Assembly (NCBI GenBank): GCA_014729025.1
Contig: WJKP01000014.1
Coordinates: 543-64,542, forward strand
Direction: 5' to 3'
From: Candidatus Buchananbacteria bacterium
Lineage (GTDB): Bacteria > Patescibacteriota > Patescibacteriia > CAIXNZ01
Length of the DNA: 64,000 nucleotides
Every line of letters starts with the position of its first letter. Positions within the stretch are counted from its first letter, which is position 1. The notes under the pieces were generated by a model. The model was not told the DNA's origin. It saw only the letters and a list, made by a program, of their open reading frames with translations, and made no database searches. The position numbers were made by a program, and so were the translations under genes. Shown in pieces: positions 29,775-40,948 of this stretch.

Positions 29775-32700
29775 TTAAGGAGTAGAGCCTTTTTTCTTTT
29801 CGCTTACCTTATAACCAATTTTTTTCATTTTACTTTTGAATTTCGCTAATTCACCATTAAAAGCTTTTGAATTAGGAGCTGTTTGTAAAGCTGATATTAA
29901 ATTATTAAATTCCTGTTCTACTAAATTGGGATCGATACTGTCTTCATTGAGAGCACCTCCTGTTATTTCATCTTTCAAATGCTTAATAAGTCCGTCTACT
30001 TTAAATTGCATTCTACTTGGATCTTTATTACCTTTTTCAAACTGCTCTTGAATTGAATCAGCATAATTACGCATTTTAACTGAAGCTGATTTCTTTAATT
30101 CTTCTGTATCTCTATGTCTATCTTTAATTTTTGATTCATTCTCAATTAATACTTCGGCTGTTTTGGTCGCATTAGAACCTTTCAATCCTGTATTATCGGA
30201 AATTTGCTTAGCTATAACTTTTATACGCTCCTGCTTATCTTGCTCCTCCTCAGTTGCTTCTAACATCTCAAAAGCTTCGTCGTCAATATATTTTACAGCT
30301 TGTTGCTTTGCAGTTGCTGAAGCGGCTGGTGGCATAACATTTTTCACATTATCTTCAATAACAGCTCGTGCGCCTTCTTTTTTTCTAATTTTATTAATTT
30401 TTTGGGCAATATTTTTATTTTTCGTACCCTCTTTTTGAACACGACCGTCATCATCATATTCGGCACTGACCGCTTTATATAATTTTTGGTGTCTTTCTAA
30501 TTCTGGGGCTGACAGATTAGCTGTTTGATCATCCATTTTTTTATAATATTTTTCGATCCTGGCTTCCCATTGGCTATCAGTTTCTGATAGACCTGTTGTC
30601 GGATCAATTCTGCGATGTAAGCTTTGATCAAAATGTTGTTTATTGTTTTCAATAATTTCTCTTCGCTCAGCATTATTTTGCGCAAAACGCATTTCTTCTT
30701 TAACTTTAACATTGGCACGCGAAGGATCATCCCAGCCTGAAACACTGGCTACTTTATAAGTCAAGCCGTCCATCTCTGCACCTGCAAAATCTGGAGATTC
30801 ACTTGGATCACCAAAATCTTTTTGCTTGGCTATCTTATTAGCTTGATCATCACTCACACTGGCCGTGCCTTCACGAACTTCTTTCCTTTTACTTTGTAAA
30901 ACATCACCCAATCTGGCCACATTATAAAAATCAGAACCAATATCAGTACCACTGCTTACCAAATTTTGTAAAGCTTCTTGTTTGTCTTGAGATAAATCCT
31001 TAAAAGCCTTTGAGCTTGTATCAAGTTTATAAGTACCGTCGTTATTTTTTTCAGTAATACTTTTCATTTCAACATCACTTAAATCGACTGCGTTACCACT
31101 ATTATCTACGGCATTACGCATAGAAGCCTCGCCTCTTTGTTCTAAGTCACTTAAATCTTCATATTCATTAGTTTCTTCATTATAAACCAATGAAGAAAAA
31201 GCTTTTTTCCTACCAGTTGATTTTTCCACTCGGTCTTCCATGTCTTCTAAAAATAATTGTTTTTCTAATTTATCCTTATCCTTAAAAAAACCTGCTTGTT
31301 GTAGCTGTTTAACTTCTTTATTGGTTAATTTACCATTATCAGCCAACGTCTGAGCATAAAATTCCATGGCTTCTTTATTTTTACTTACTGCATCTAAATC
31401 CTTAACATTACCGTCTTCATCTATATTAGTTTCACCCCCTAAAATTTCTTTTTTAAATTGTTTTTTAACTTCTGCGGCATTTTTTTTATTGATATCCGTC
31501 CTTGTTTCACCATAAGCTTCAGCATGCTTAGCATCAGTCTCTCTTTTTGTTGCACTACCTACAATCGGTTTTTTTATTGCTGCTTGTAATTTTTCCATTC
31601 CTCTAGCCCTTCCTGCCTTAGTTAAATATTTACCCACACGAGACCGTTCTAATCTTTGAGCTCCGGCTTCTCTAGTAGCACCTACTAAAGGCTTGGCTGC
31701 TCTACCAGCCCATCTAGCTGGGGCTGTTACGGCTCTGGCTGATCGTCTAGCACCTCTTTCCAGTGTATTTTGGGCGGTATTTTTCATTTTATCTGCGGCT
31801 CGGCCAGCCATTCCAGAACCAGCTACGGCAAATTCTTGAGAAAATTTTAAACCACCCACTAACATAAGAATCCCCATCATAATAGAAATCATATTATCCA
31901 TGCTACCGGCTTTACTATTAAGAATCTGCTGGCCTTGTCGTTTCCCAAAATCATATTGATCACTTGGTACCATTTGATCATGATTAAGATTAACCATGGT
32001 TAAAAGTGCTAGCCAAAGAAAAAAAGCCATAAAAGGACCGATCATACAATAATTGAAAAATTGCCCCCACCATTTACTGGCCAAAGAACCGACAGTACCA
32101 CCTTGTCCTTGAAAAACCCAAGCAAAAAAAGCTAATGGAGAAAAAACAACCAAAGCCCATAAAGCAACTATTCTAAAAGCCAAAATTATACAAAAAATTA
32201 ATAAAACAATCAAAGTAACTACAGTATAAATTAAACCTAAAATAGATGCAGCTATCATGGTTAGTCCTTCATTCCAATCTATTTTATCTTCTAAAGCACC
32301 AATGGGATCCTCAGCTATTCGAAACCAATCGGTCATGGCTAAACCTTTAAAAATATTACCGGCCGAAATATCCTTATAAGCATTAACAAAAGTTATCATT
32401 AAAACTTGGAAAAAATCTATAATTAAACCGCAAATAGTCTTGCTAAAATTTACCAAAATTGCCATAATCAATAGCCTGGCCAAAAGCTTATTCCATTGAT
32501 ATTTTTCAATTTTTAAAACAGTCACAAAAGCAATAAAAAGTAAGCCTAAAATAAAAAACATGTTAACCAAGTCACGCAAAATTACCCAGCCTTCATTAAC
32601 ATAGGGATTATCAATAAACCGATTATACATACTTATCCATACAATAACTTCCATCAGCAATATAACCAATTCCCCACAGAGCTGTGTCAAAACACCAATC

Positions 32701-32987
32701 AAAAAAACAAGACCACGAATAATAACAGTCCAAGCATTAGTAACGATCGATTTGCCTAATTCAGCAGCACCCTCTTTGACTTTAGCCTTAGCAGCGGATT
32801 GACCGGCACCCAAAAGTGCTTGGCCTATTGTAACGGCCGCTTGGATTTGAGCGTTGGCTTCTTTTATTTCTGATTTAAAATTAAATTCATTATCAATATC
32901 AATACTAATATTAAAAAATGTTAATAAAAAAAGAAAAAATAAAGGTATTATGATTATGTTTTTATGTTTTTTAAAAAAATTCAACAT
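29775..32987 (-). CDS. VirB6/TrbL-like polytopic membrane protein with about 650-aa charged C-terminal extension
   Basis: 1070 aa; signal/TM plus about 8-10 TM helices in the first 400 aa, then a long hydrophilic K/E-rich tail, as in extended VirB6 proteins. Confidence 0.5.
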   Translation of the reverse strand: MLNFFKKHKNIIIIPLFFLFLLTFFNISIDIDNEFNFKSEIKEANAQIQAAVTIGQALLGAGQSAAKAKVKEGAAELGKSIVTNAWTVIIRGLVFLIGVLTQLCGELVILLMEVIVWISMYNRFIDNPYVNEGWVILRDLVNMFFILGLLFIAFVTVLKIEKYQWNKLLARLLIMAILVNFSKTICGLIIDFFQVLMITFVNAYKDISAGNIFKGLAMTDWFRIAEDPIGALEDKIDWNEGLTMIAASILGLIYTVVTLIVLLIFCIILAFRIVALWALVVFSPLAFFAWVFQGQGGTVGSLASKWWGQFFNYCMIGPFMAFFLWLALLTMVNLNHDQMVPSDQYDFGKRQGQQILNSKAGSMDNMISIMMGILMLVGGLKFSQEFAVAGSGMAGRAADKMKNTAQNTLERGARRSARAVTAPARWAGRAAKPLVGATREAGAQRLERSRVGKYLTKAGRARGMEKLQAAIKKPIVGSATKRETDAKHAEAYGETRTDINKKNAAEVKKQFKKEILGGETNIDEDGNVKDLDAVSKNKEAMEFYAQTLADNGKLTNKEVKQLQQAGFFKDKDKLEKQLFLEDMEDRVEKSTGRKKAFSSLVYNEETNEYEDLSDLEQRGEASMRNAVDNSGNAVDLSDVEMKSITEKNNDGTYKLDTSSKAFKDLSQDKQEALQNLVSSGTDIGSDFYNVARLGDVLQSKRKEVREGTASVSDDQANKIAKQKDFGDPSESPDFAGAEMDGLTYKVASVSGWDDPSRANVKVKEEMRFAQNNAERREIIENNKQHFDQSLHRRIDPTTGLSETDSQWEARIEKYYKKMDDQTANLSAPELERHQKLYKAVSAEYDDDGRVQKEGTKNKNIAQKINKIRKKEGARAVIEDNVKNVMPPAASATAKQQAVKYIDDEAFEMLEATEEEQDKQERIKVIAKQISDNTGLKGSNATKTAEVLIENESKIKDRHRDTEELKKSASVKMRNYADSIQEQFEKGNKDPSRMQFKVDGLIKHLKDEITGGALNEDSIDPNLVEQEFNNLISALQTAPNSKAFNGELAKFKSKMKKIGYKVSEKKKGSTP

Positions 32988-32995
32988 AAGTTATT

Positions 32996-35900
32996 TTATT
33001 GGTAATCTTCTAAATTAATTAAAAATGGATAAAAAGTTATACAGGCATAAGGCTGATAATTATTATTCGTATCATATAAATCATTAAAAATGCCGTTATA
33101 AACCGGATTTAAAGTATCAAATTCCAAACACATACCTTCCAACCCATTAACCTCTGTCATGGTCTCTATTTCTGATGTATCCTCACAATCAGGATCTGGT
33201 AATGCTCCTTTTAATGTCTCTGGGGCATAACAAAGATTATTATTGGTTGGCTCATCAGGAAAATAGGTTGTAACTCCGCCGGCTTTAACTTCATAATAAT
33301 TGCACATATTACCCAAGGTATCTGGACTGGTTGACGGACTATAAGTATTTAAAATATTTTTATATTCTTGCTGTTGAGATAATTGAAAGGGCAAGGGTGA
33401 ACTTTTTTCCGGGAATATTTTGCAAATCGGTTCGGTATAGCGTTCATCATCTAAATTGCCTAACTCATTAACAACAGGGTATTGGTCAAATTGTTTATTT
33501 AATTCAGCTTCAATTGGGAATCTTTCCGGAATAGTATACCCTGAATAATCACCAGCTCGCCATTGAGTCAGCCTGGTTAATTCTCCAGCGCCAAAACGAT
33601 AAATATAACCGCTTTTACTTTCATAATCACTTATCCGCTTTACAACAATGGGATCAGAATCTAGATTATAACGCACATTATCTTTTTTAGGTGAAAATTT
33701 GGTACATTCACCGGCAAACTCTTCACGGCATAAATCAATTTCAGTACAAAAACCATTACTATCTTTTTCAGCACAAATTGCCCATTCAGCGCAATTGCGA
33801 TCTTTTTTAACTTTTAAAATCTCATTGGTATTATTAAAAGTATTTAAAAATTCAACACAGCCTTGATTCCAATCAACATTGGTACAAGCTGAACGATTAA
33901 TATCATTACCAGCATCTATTACAAAATAACTGTCTTCTGTATTATCTTTTATCTCTATTTGATCATAAAGAATATAAGAACTTGGACAATTTCCTTCATC
34001 AGTCCTTACATTTTCATTACGCGGCGCATAAATAATCACTTCATAATTTTGCAAATCGTCATATTCAATCCAATCATTAACTGGCTGATTATTTTCATCA
34101 ACAACTGATTCACAGTCAAGTTTGCTTGTAAAATTAGGATCTGAACATTCACCATGAGGAACCGTAAATAAAATCTCTACTTTTTTCCAGTCAGTTTCCG
34201 CCTCATAATTATAAGCTAAACCTGGTTCAGTATTGTTTTGATCAATATAACGATTAATCGCAATTGTCGCTTCAGGCAAAGGACAATCATCACCTTTACC
34301 TTGAGCGTCAGCCGGTACTTTATAATAAAAACTGGCTTTATAAGTTTTACCTTTTTCCAAAAAGGCTACTTTTTGTTTAATGCCAAAACTTGGCACCACA
34401 TCTTCATCCAATTCACAATCAGGATTATCACGAATATAAGTGCTTGGACAATCTTGCGTAGTATTTTTTATTAATTTAACGGCTTTTGAACCCGATTTAA
34501 CATCATCAGTTTCTATTTGTTGATTGCCGGCATCGGCTGCTATAGTTGTCCAACTTGAAAGGCGACCATCTGGATTAAATTCAAAGCTACCATTAGCTAC
34601 ATAATTAGGATTAATATCAACAAATTCATTGCAACCATCCCAGCGGTCATCACATTCACCGACATAACCTTTATATTTATTGGCTTCAAAAACTTTATAA
34701 ATAGTAAAAGGTGTAGCCAAACATTGCCCGCTATCAAGCCATTCGCCGTTTCCTAAAACACAAGATTCCTGATCATTGATATCATTTAAAATAACTGTAC
34801 ATTGATCATAATCAAGACTCCAGCCACCACCATTGGCTTCACACTCTTCTGGAGTATTATAAGCCAAAGAACCGCAACCCAAAGTTTGACTGCCTTTTTT
34901 AAACCAACCTTTAACGTTTTGGTTATTAACGATTTTTTCACCGTATTGACATAATTTAGTCGGTTCAATTTTATAATATTCAGGACTTCCCAATTCATTG
35001 ACTAATTCAGTGCAACCTAAACCTTGGTGACTGCACATAGTTGCTTGAGGTACATTAATATATCGGTCCGGATTATTTTTTAAATATATATCTTCAAAAC
35101 CGGTATTTTGCAAACCTTCAAAAATCGGTCGGCCAAATCTTTGACAACCTTTATTATTAGACGAGCACCGATAATTATCATCTAAAACCAATGTGATTAA
35201 TTCATCGCTTGGGACCTGATAATCATCCAAATAAGTCGTATTATCATTATTAAAATTCTGCTGATTAGGATTGATTGAATTTTGAGTATCCATTAAAACT
35301 TGACAGCCAACCGCACTTTCACGGCATAAATTAGTAAAAGATTTTAAATTATGCCTTTGCCCTAATGAATCATCATAAGCTTGGCAGCCTAACATGGGAT
35401 GGGGATCATTAGGGTCTTTGACGCCAAAAATATTTCTATCACAGCTATCCGGAGTAAACCAGCTATTTTTGAGCACATAAACATTATCGCGAATAACCCT
35501 AAGGGCAATATTATCCAAATAAATCGGTGTATCTATTTCAGTAAAAACTAATCGATTATCAGTTACATCTGACCAGCTAACCAAAACCGGTCCCAGATTA
35601 TAATTTTGCCATTCATCAGTCAATGTAATTTGATTATCAACTGAAGCAAATTCTTCTAAAGTTGTCTGATCTTCATCTGCTGTAGCAGTACTAAATCTTA
35701 TACTTATATCTTCACTTTGACCGGCTGATTTAGCCCAAAATGATAAAGTATAAAGATTACCTTGCTGAATATCAACCTGTTTATTAATACTATTAAATTC
35801 TGAGGGCACAAATAATGAATGGCCACCGACTTGAACTGACTCACCAACCATAGTTAAGCCACTACCTTGCTCAGACAAACCACTATACCAATCCAATTGA

Positions 35901-38900
35901 CCCTGCTCAAAATTGTCAAAAACTTGCATATAAACATTATTCCCCTGATTGCCAATAAAAGCCCGGCAACCATTAGCCTCAGCCCGGCAACTAATACCTT
36001 CGCTAGGAATAGCGTCATAAAGACAAGCATTTATATCACCTTGCCAGCGACCATTAGTAACCAAACAATTTTCTTCTGTTGATTCTGTTTTTCTATAAGG
36101 ATGGCAATCCTCGGATACAGAAATAGTTTTTCTAATATCACGATAATATTCATTGCCTTGATTATCAAAAAAATTAATACAATTAAAATCATTTTCTCCA
36201 ATCGTCAAACGACAATCACCTTCACCATCAATTATTTTTGGGGCGCCGGTCTGCTCATCTTGCTGAAATTCATATCTGACCAATTGCGGCGGGCCGCTAG
36301 ACGAACCTTGCCAACTAAAAAATGTTTTCTCCCCTAAATCAAGGTCAGGCCTAATACATTGTCTTAAATAAGTAAAATATTCTATACCTTCACCGCCTTG
36401 AGCAACTTCGTCTAAATTAGTAAATTGAGCACAACCAACTTCAGCGTAACTACATTGAGTTGCGGTTTCTGGAATAAAATAATGATAAAGCGGATCAGGC
36501 TCTGGTTCATATAAAGCTGCTTCCTGCTTATAAGTATCATAACCAACACATTCCGCGGGGCAATAATCAGTCGCACTAACTACGCCCGGTATATCAGGCC
36601 CGCCAGCTAATGGCGTATAAAGTTGACAGCCAGCTTCCTCTGCTAGACATATTTTGGAAAAATTATCACAAGCATCAGCGTCAGGTGCGTATTGATAACA
36701 ATCAATACTGTCTTTATATATTAATTCTTCATCCCAATAACCATTATTAGCTTGACAATTTTGTTTGGTTAATGGAGAAATATCTAAAACTGGAGCAGGA
36801 TCACCTTCGCCATACCCCTGACAATTTAAACGTTCTGGTGGCTTTTTATAATAAACTTTGCTGTTTAATTCATAATCCTGATACTGAGAAATAAAATTAT
36901 AATTTCTGACCTGTTCAATAGTATTAAGCGACAAATCAAGACCATCAACATAAACCGTGGCACCTGTCTGGCCGCCAGGTAAATTTAACCAAACATCCAG
37001 CTGCGTACCAGCATTAGTAGTAATTAAAGTACTATCAACTTGTGAATAAAATTCCGTGGCATAAATTTCATTACTATTAATTTCCTGATCACCGCCTAAA
37101 TAAGTTTTTACAAGATTAAAACCAATCGGTTGATTTAAGCTTTGATTGGCTGCAATATAAGCTGTTGCCGTATAAACATCACCGCCTTTGGTTAATATTT
37201 TATTATTATCATTAAAACTACTAGTATAGACTAATTGCAATTCTTCATTATCACCTAAATTACTGATATCTATTTCTAGTCGGCTCAACCCGCTATAAAC
37301 ATTAGAACCTTCTTTAGAAACCTGAGCCAAATCACTAAACGGGCCGTATCCGCGCCATTCACCTAAAAAATCATCACATTGATTTTTATTTTGCGGATTA
37401 TTAACTCGGTCATCAGAACCATACAAAGCAGCTCCCTGACAGAATTCTGACCAACTGGCATTATCATTGGCTAAACAATCTGCTTCCGATTGTAATTCGG
37501 GTTCATTTTTAACAACACCTTCAATTTGGCATTGCTCTACCCAAGCACCGCCATGGTTTAAACATTTATCTTCGGCGCTAACACCACCCTCATCAGTAAA
37601 TTGCGGGTTTGCGCATAAATTATATTTTAAAACACTATAAATACACGTTCTTTGATAATTACCGCCAGAGGCCAAACAATCGGTTTCATCAACATCCCTA
37701 TTAACTGCTACCTGACAAACATTAATCCAATTGGCTCCAGCTGCCAAACAATCTGCTTCTGTTTGACTTACCCCATCATTACAAATACTTTCCCAAGTCC
37801 CACCATTATTCAAACAAGTTACTTGATCAGCATAATTATAATCCAAACATATTTCATTATATCTACCATCCAATGATTCGCATTCACCCTCACCAGTAAC
37901 TCTGGCTTTTAATCTTAAATCCCAATTTTGGGGAAAATAACCTTGCTGAGTGTATTCAAAACTAGAATCAGTTACTAAATTATTATTAGGCTCACGATAT
38001 AAGAAAAATTCATTACAGCCCTCTTGATTCCGATCACAAATTTCCGCATAACGATTTAAATAAATTCTTTCAGATGCGCAACCTTGACCTTCTACCCAAG
38101 TCCCGTCAATGGCTGGGTCTGTACAAGTTGAATCATCAAATTCAGAAAAATCTTTCCATAATCCAGCTACGGTTTTAGTTGCATACCAAATACAACCGGC
38201 ATTATAATCACCGCAAGTATCACTACCGCTTAAAGTATTTTTTAAATAAGAAACTGACCGAGTACCTTGAGCATCAGTCAATGTATAGGTCCGACAACTA
38301 TTAAATTCTTCCGGGCAAGAGTCAGCTGTAAACTGCCAACTATTTTCTTCTTTAACACAAATGCCATAATCTTCATCAACACAACCACCTCGATCATCTT
38401 CTTTTAAACAGCTAGCAAAATCAGGACAGCTTGAATATCGCTGACCGGTTGAATTCGTAACCAATAACTCGTTATAAGGCTCCAGATCTGTTTTTAAAGC
38501 GCATTTGGTAGCTGGTAATTTTAAAACCCAATTAGGATCAACTAAATTACAAAACGGCGATTCATCAATATCAAAATCACCGCAACGACCTGAACCAGCT
38601 TTATAAAAACCATTAACTACATCGGCTAAAGTCGCATTAACAACTTGATTTAATTTTTGTTGATTATAAGCTTTGATTTCATCTAAATCTTCTGCGCCAA
38701 ACCCGGCATACGGTTTAAAAATACAATTCCTTAATTTTTGAGTTTTATAAGGTTCAACATCAAATAAATTGTAACCATAACGTGAACAATCAGTCCCAGC
38801 GTCACAAATGTCTTGGAATTCATCATAATCGATTTCTTGCCTATAATTACAATCTCTAATTAATTCAGCTGCCAATTCTAAGCCTAAGGGCACTACTCTG

Positions 38901-40909
38901 GCTTTTCTTAATTTTTTAATATTAGCTAAATGATAAGTACCCGGTTCAGTTTCTTCTCCCCAAGAAAATTTATAATCACCGATTAATTTTCTTTGCTCCA
39001 TTGCCTGCGTAATTGTTAATTCATCATTAATTGCTAAAGCAAAATTAGGGTCTATAACATTATTATAAATATTAGGATTAACCTCCCCTTCAAGGTTTAA
39101 CTGAAATTCTGATAATAAATCCACATCTTTATAAGAATAATTGACCTGATATTGTTTAGCCAATCTTTCCACATAACTCCTTACTCCTTCACCAGTAATT
39201 ACTTCTTGCTCAAATGGATTATAAATATCAAGAAACGGTGCTGGTTCAAAACCAGGTTGTTCCAATTCGCTAGCGGTTTTTTTTAATTTTTTATAAGATT
39301 CTGTTTCCTGTTCCCCGCTATATAATGCTTGTAATAATCTTTGGGTCAATTCGTTCCAAAGTGTTTCCAAAAATACGCCTAAAGCATCAGCAGCAATGTT
39401 TTTTGTATAATAACTGGCTGTTTTTTTACCGGCCACAATATCTTCTTCGGCTTTTTTTCGTATAATATTAGACGGTGTCCTAATAGTATCACCGATTCTA
39501 TCGGTTATTGATTTCCAGCCATTATTAACTGTTGCCTGCAAATGACGATTTAAAGCTTCATTTAAACCGATTGTTGCCATTTCCCTAGATAAAGTCTCAT
39601 AAGCATTAAATTCATTGGCTTCAGGACTAAATAAATCTTTAGCTAAAGCAAAATTATAAGCTGCACTGCCTTCAAAAAAATCAGGGTTAAGTTGTTCACG
39701 AACCTGAGTTCTTAAAAATTCAAAACCACTTTTTAATGAATTAGTCAAATTAATAACATAATTAACTTTAGTAGTATAATCATTTCTAAATGCTCTTTCT
39801 AATTGCTCACCCAATTCTGGGCCAACCCGCGCAGAAGTCGGGGGTGGAGTAACATTTAAATCATTTAAAATTACTTCGCATCTGCCCGGCCGATTAGCCA
39901 ATTCAGCCGGACCTTTGTTTTTACAAAAATTATAAGTATCTTGAATTTGATCAATTTTTTCTATTTGCGGATTAATTTTATTAACCCAAGCTTCTCTAAT
40001 TAATGGAATATTTTCCGGTACTATCCGATAACTGCCAATACCTTGACTTAATTGGGCTTCAGTATCAGATAAAGCATAATTAAGCATTATACTAACATCA
40101 TTTTCCATTTCTTGGGTATTTCTTTTTAAATTATCAGCACTCTCTTTTAAAGCTCTTTGAATACTGTTTTCCGGACAAATAACATTTAAACCTTCATTTA
40201 ATACTGAACAATCAACACTATAACCATTTAACCTAAAATCCCAAATTTGCAAAGTTTGGTCTTGAGTTAAAACTGTTGTCATTAATTCAGTATTTTCTTG
40301 AAATTGTCCGCCAGCGCCAATCCCAAAATCAGCAGAAATAAAATCTTCTAAATTTCTTTGGCCTATCTCTTCCCAGTGGCTTCTTAATTCTGTCCAGGAA
40401 CAATCAGGTTGATAGCCTTGCCATTCCGGAAAGGACGGAATATTTATAGCTAAATCAATTGCAATACTGGGATCAAGAGTACAAACATTAATACCAGTCA
40501 CATCTTGTATTACTGTCTGCACAAAATCACCAATCGCTGCATCGGCATAGCCGGAAACAAACCCCTCAAGATCAGTAATAAATTGAGGTCCCTCACCTTG
40601 ACCGCCACTAGCCACCCAAACCGCTGTTTGCTGCGCCATTAAATTAGCTAAATTCCCCAAAACATTTTTAAAAAAAACCGCTTTAATTTCGTCCCAAATT
40701 TTAGACAGCAATCTGTCAGTTGATTCTTCTGTCTGATAAATCGTATCTATTGCTGTTTTATTTGGCACTGATCCCATTTCAATAACCGGTAAAGGTACTG
40801 GTTGGGCATTAACCTTTGATACATCTACATAAAAATTAGTTAAAATAAAAATTAAAGCAATAATACCAATTATAACTTTTTTAAATTTTGTTAAATTAGG
40901 CTTTAGCAT
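32996..40909 (-). CDS. Giant (2637 aa) secreted/anchored cysteine-rich surface protein with CBM4/9-like (NGSFE...W) beta-sandwich modules and tandem Cys motifs
   Basis: N-terminal signal/TM; Cys-poor first ~700 aa then highly Cys-rich; tandem DCLxxGGxWxxxC repeats (about nt 37430-37880); three segments starting like CBM_4_9 domains (SSFEYTQQGYFPQNW, DNFEQGQLDW, NGSFEFNPDGRLSSW). Confidence 0.6.
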   Translation of the reverse strand: MLKPNLTKFKKVIIGIIALIFILTNFYVDVSKVNAQPVPLPVIEMGSVPNKTAIDTIYQTEESTDRLLSKIWDEIKAVFFKNVLGNLANLMAQQTAVWVASGGQGEGPQFITDLEGFVSGYADAAIGDFVQTVIQDVTGINVCTLDPSIAIDLAINIPSFPEWQGYQPDCSWTELRSHWEEIGQRNLEDFISADFGIGAGGQFQENTELMTTVLTQDQTLQIWDFRLNGYSVDCSVLNEGLNVICPENSIQRALKESADNLKRNTQEMENDVSIMLNYALSDTEAQLSQGIGSYRIVPENIPLIREAWVNKINPQIEKIDQIQDTYNFCKNKGPAELANRPGRCEVILNDLNVTPPPTSARVGPELGEQLERAFRNDYTTKVNYVINLTNSLKSGFEFLRTQVREQLNPDFFEGSAAYNFALAKDLFSPEANEFNAYETLSREMATIGLNEALNRHLQATVNNGWKSITDRIGDTIRTPSNIIRKKAEEDIVAGKKTASYYTKNIAADALGVFLETLWNELTQRLLQALYSGEQETESYKKLKKTASELEQPGFEPAPFLDIYNPFEQEVITGEGVRSYVERLAKQYQVNYSYKDVDLLSEFQLNLEGEVNPNIYNNVIDPNFALAINDELTITQAMEQRKLIGDYKFSWGEETEPGTYHLANIKKLRKARVVPLGLELAAELIRDCNYRQEIDYDEFQDICDAGTDCSRYGYNLFDVEPYKTQKLRNCIFKPYAGFGAEDLDEIKAYNQQKLNQVVNATLADVVNGFYKAGSGRCGDFDIDESPFCNLVDPNWVLKLPATKCALKTDLEPYNELLVTNSTGQRYSSCPDFASCLKEDDRGGCVDEDYGICVKEENSWQFTADSCPEEFNSCRTYTLTDAQGTRSVSYLKNTLSGSDTCGDYNAGCIWYATKTVAGLWKDFSEFDDSTCTDPAIDGTWVEGQGCASERIYLNRYAEICDRNQEGCNEFFLYREPNNNLVTDSSFEYTQQGYFPQNWDLRLKARVTGEGECESLDGRYNEICLDYNYADQVTCLNNGGTWESICNDGVSQTEADCLAAGANWINVCQVAVNRDVDETDCLASGGNYQRTCIYSVLKYNLCANPQFTDEGGVSAEDKCLNHGGAWVEQCQIEGVVKNEPELQSEADCLANDNASWSEFCQGAALYGSDDRVNNPQNKNQCDDFLGEWRGYGPFSDLAQVSKEGSNVYSGLSRLEIDISNLGDNEELQLVYTSSFNDNNKILTKGGDVYTATAYIAANQSLNQPIGFNLVKTYLGGDQEINSNEIYATEFYSQVDSTLITTNAGTQLDVWLNLPGGQTGATVYVDGLDLSLNTIEQVRNYNFISQYQDYELNSKVYYKKPPERLNCQGYGEGDPAPVLDISPLTKQNCQANNGYWDEELIYKDSIDCYQYAPDADACDNFSKICLAEEAGCQLYTPLAGGPDIPGVVSATDYCPAECVGYDTYKQEAALYEPEPDPLYHYFIPETATQCSYAEVGCAQFTNLDEVAQGGEGIEYFTYLRQCIRPDLDLGEKTFFSWQGSSSGPPQLVRYEFQQDEQTGAPKIIDGEGDCRLTIGENDFNCINFFDNQGNEYYRDIRKTISVSEDCHPYRKTESTEENCLVTNGRWQGDINACLYDAIPSEGISCRAEANGCRAFIGNQGNNVYMQVFDNFEQGQLDWYSGLSEQGSGLTMVGESVQVGGHSLFVPSEFNSINKQVDIQQGNLYTLSFWAKSAGQSEDISIRFSTATADEDQTTLEEFASVDNQITLTDEWQNYNLGPVLVSWSDVTDNRLVFTEIDTPIYLDNIALRVIRDNVYVLKNSWFTPDSCDRNIFGVKDPNDPHPMLGCQAYDDSLGQRHNLKSFTNLCRESAVGCQVLMDTQNSINPNQQNFNNDNTTYLDDYQVPSDELITLVLDDNYRCSSNNKGCQRFGRPIFEGLQNTGFEDIYLKNNPDRYINVPQATMCSHQGLGCTELVNELGSPEYYKIEPTKLCQYGEKIVNNQNVKGWFKKGSQTLGCGSLAYNTPEECEANGGGWSLDYDQCTVILNDINDQESCVLGNGEWLDSGQCLATPFTIYKVFEANKYKGYVGECDDRWDGCNEFVDINPNYVANGSFEFNPDGRLSSWTTIAADAGNQQIETDDVKSGSKAVKLIKNTTQDCPSTYIRDNPDCELDEDVVPSFGIKQKVAFLEKGKTYKASFYYKVPADAQGKGDDCPLPEATIAINRYIDQNNTEPGLAYNYEAETDWKKVEILFTVPHGECSDPNFTSKLDCESVVDENNQPVNDWIEYDDLQNYEVIIYAPRNENVRTDEGNCPSSYILYDQIEIKDNTEDSYFVIDAGNDINRSACTNVDWNQGCVEFLNTFNNTNEILKVKKDRNCAEWAICAEKDSNGFCTEIDLCREEFAGECTKFSPKKDNVRYNLDSDPIVVKRISDYESKSGYIYRFGAGELTRLTQWRAGDYSGYTIPERFPIEAELNKQFDQYPVVNELGNLDDERYTEPICKIFPEKSSPLPFQLSQQQEYKNILNTYSPSTSPDTLGNMCNYYEVKAGGVTTYFPDEPTNNNLCYAPETLKGALPDPDCEDTSEIETMTEVNGLEGMCLEFDTLNPVYNGIFNDLYDTNNNYQPYACITFYPFLINLEDYQ

Positions 40910-40948
40910 AGCCGAGAGCTTATTTTATTTAAAATTTGTATATTAAAA

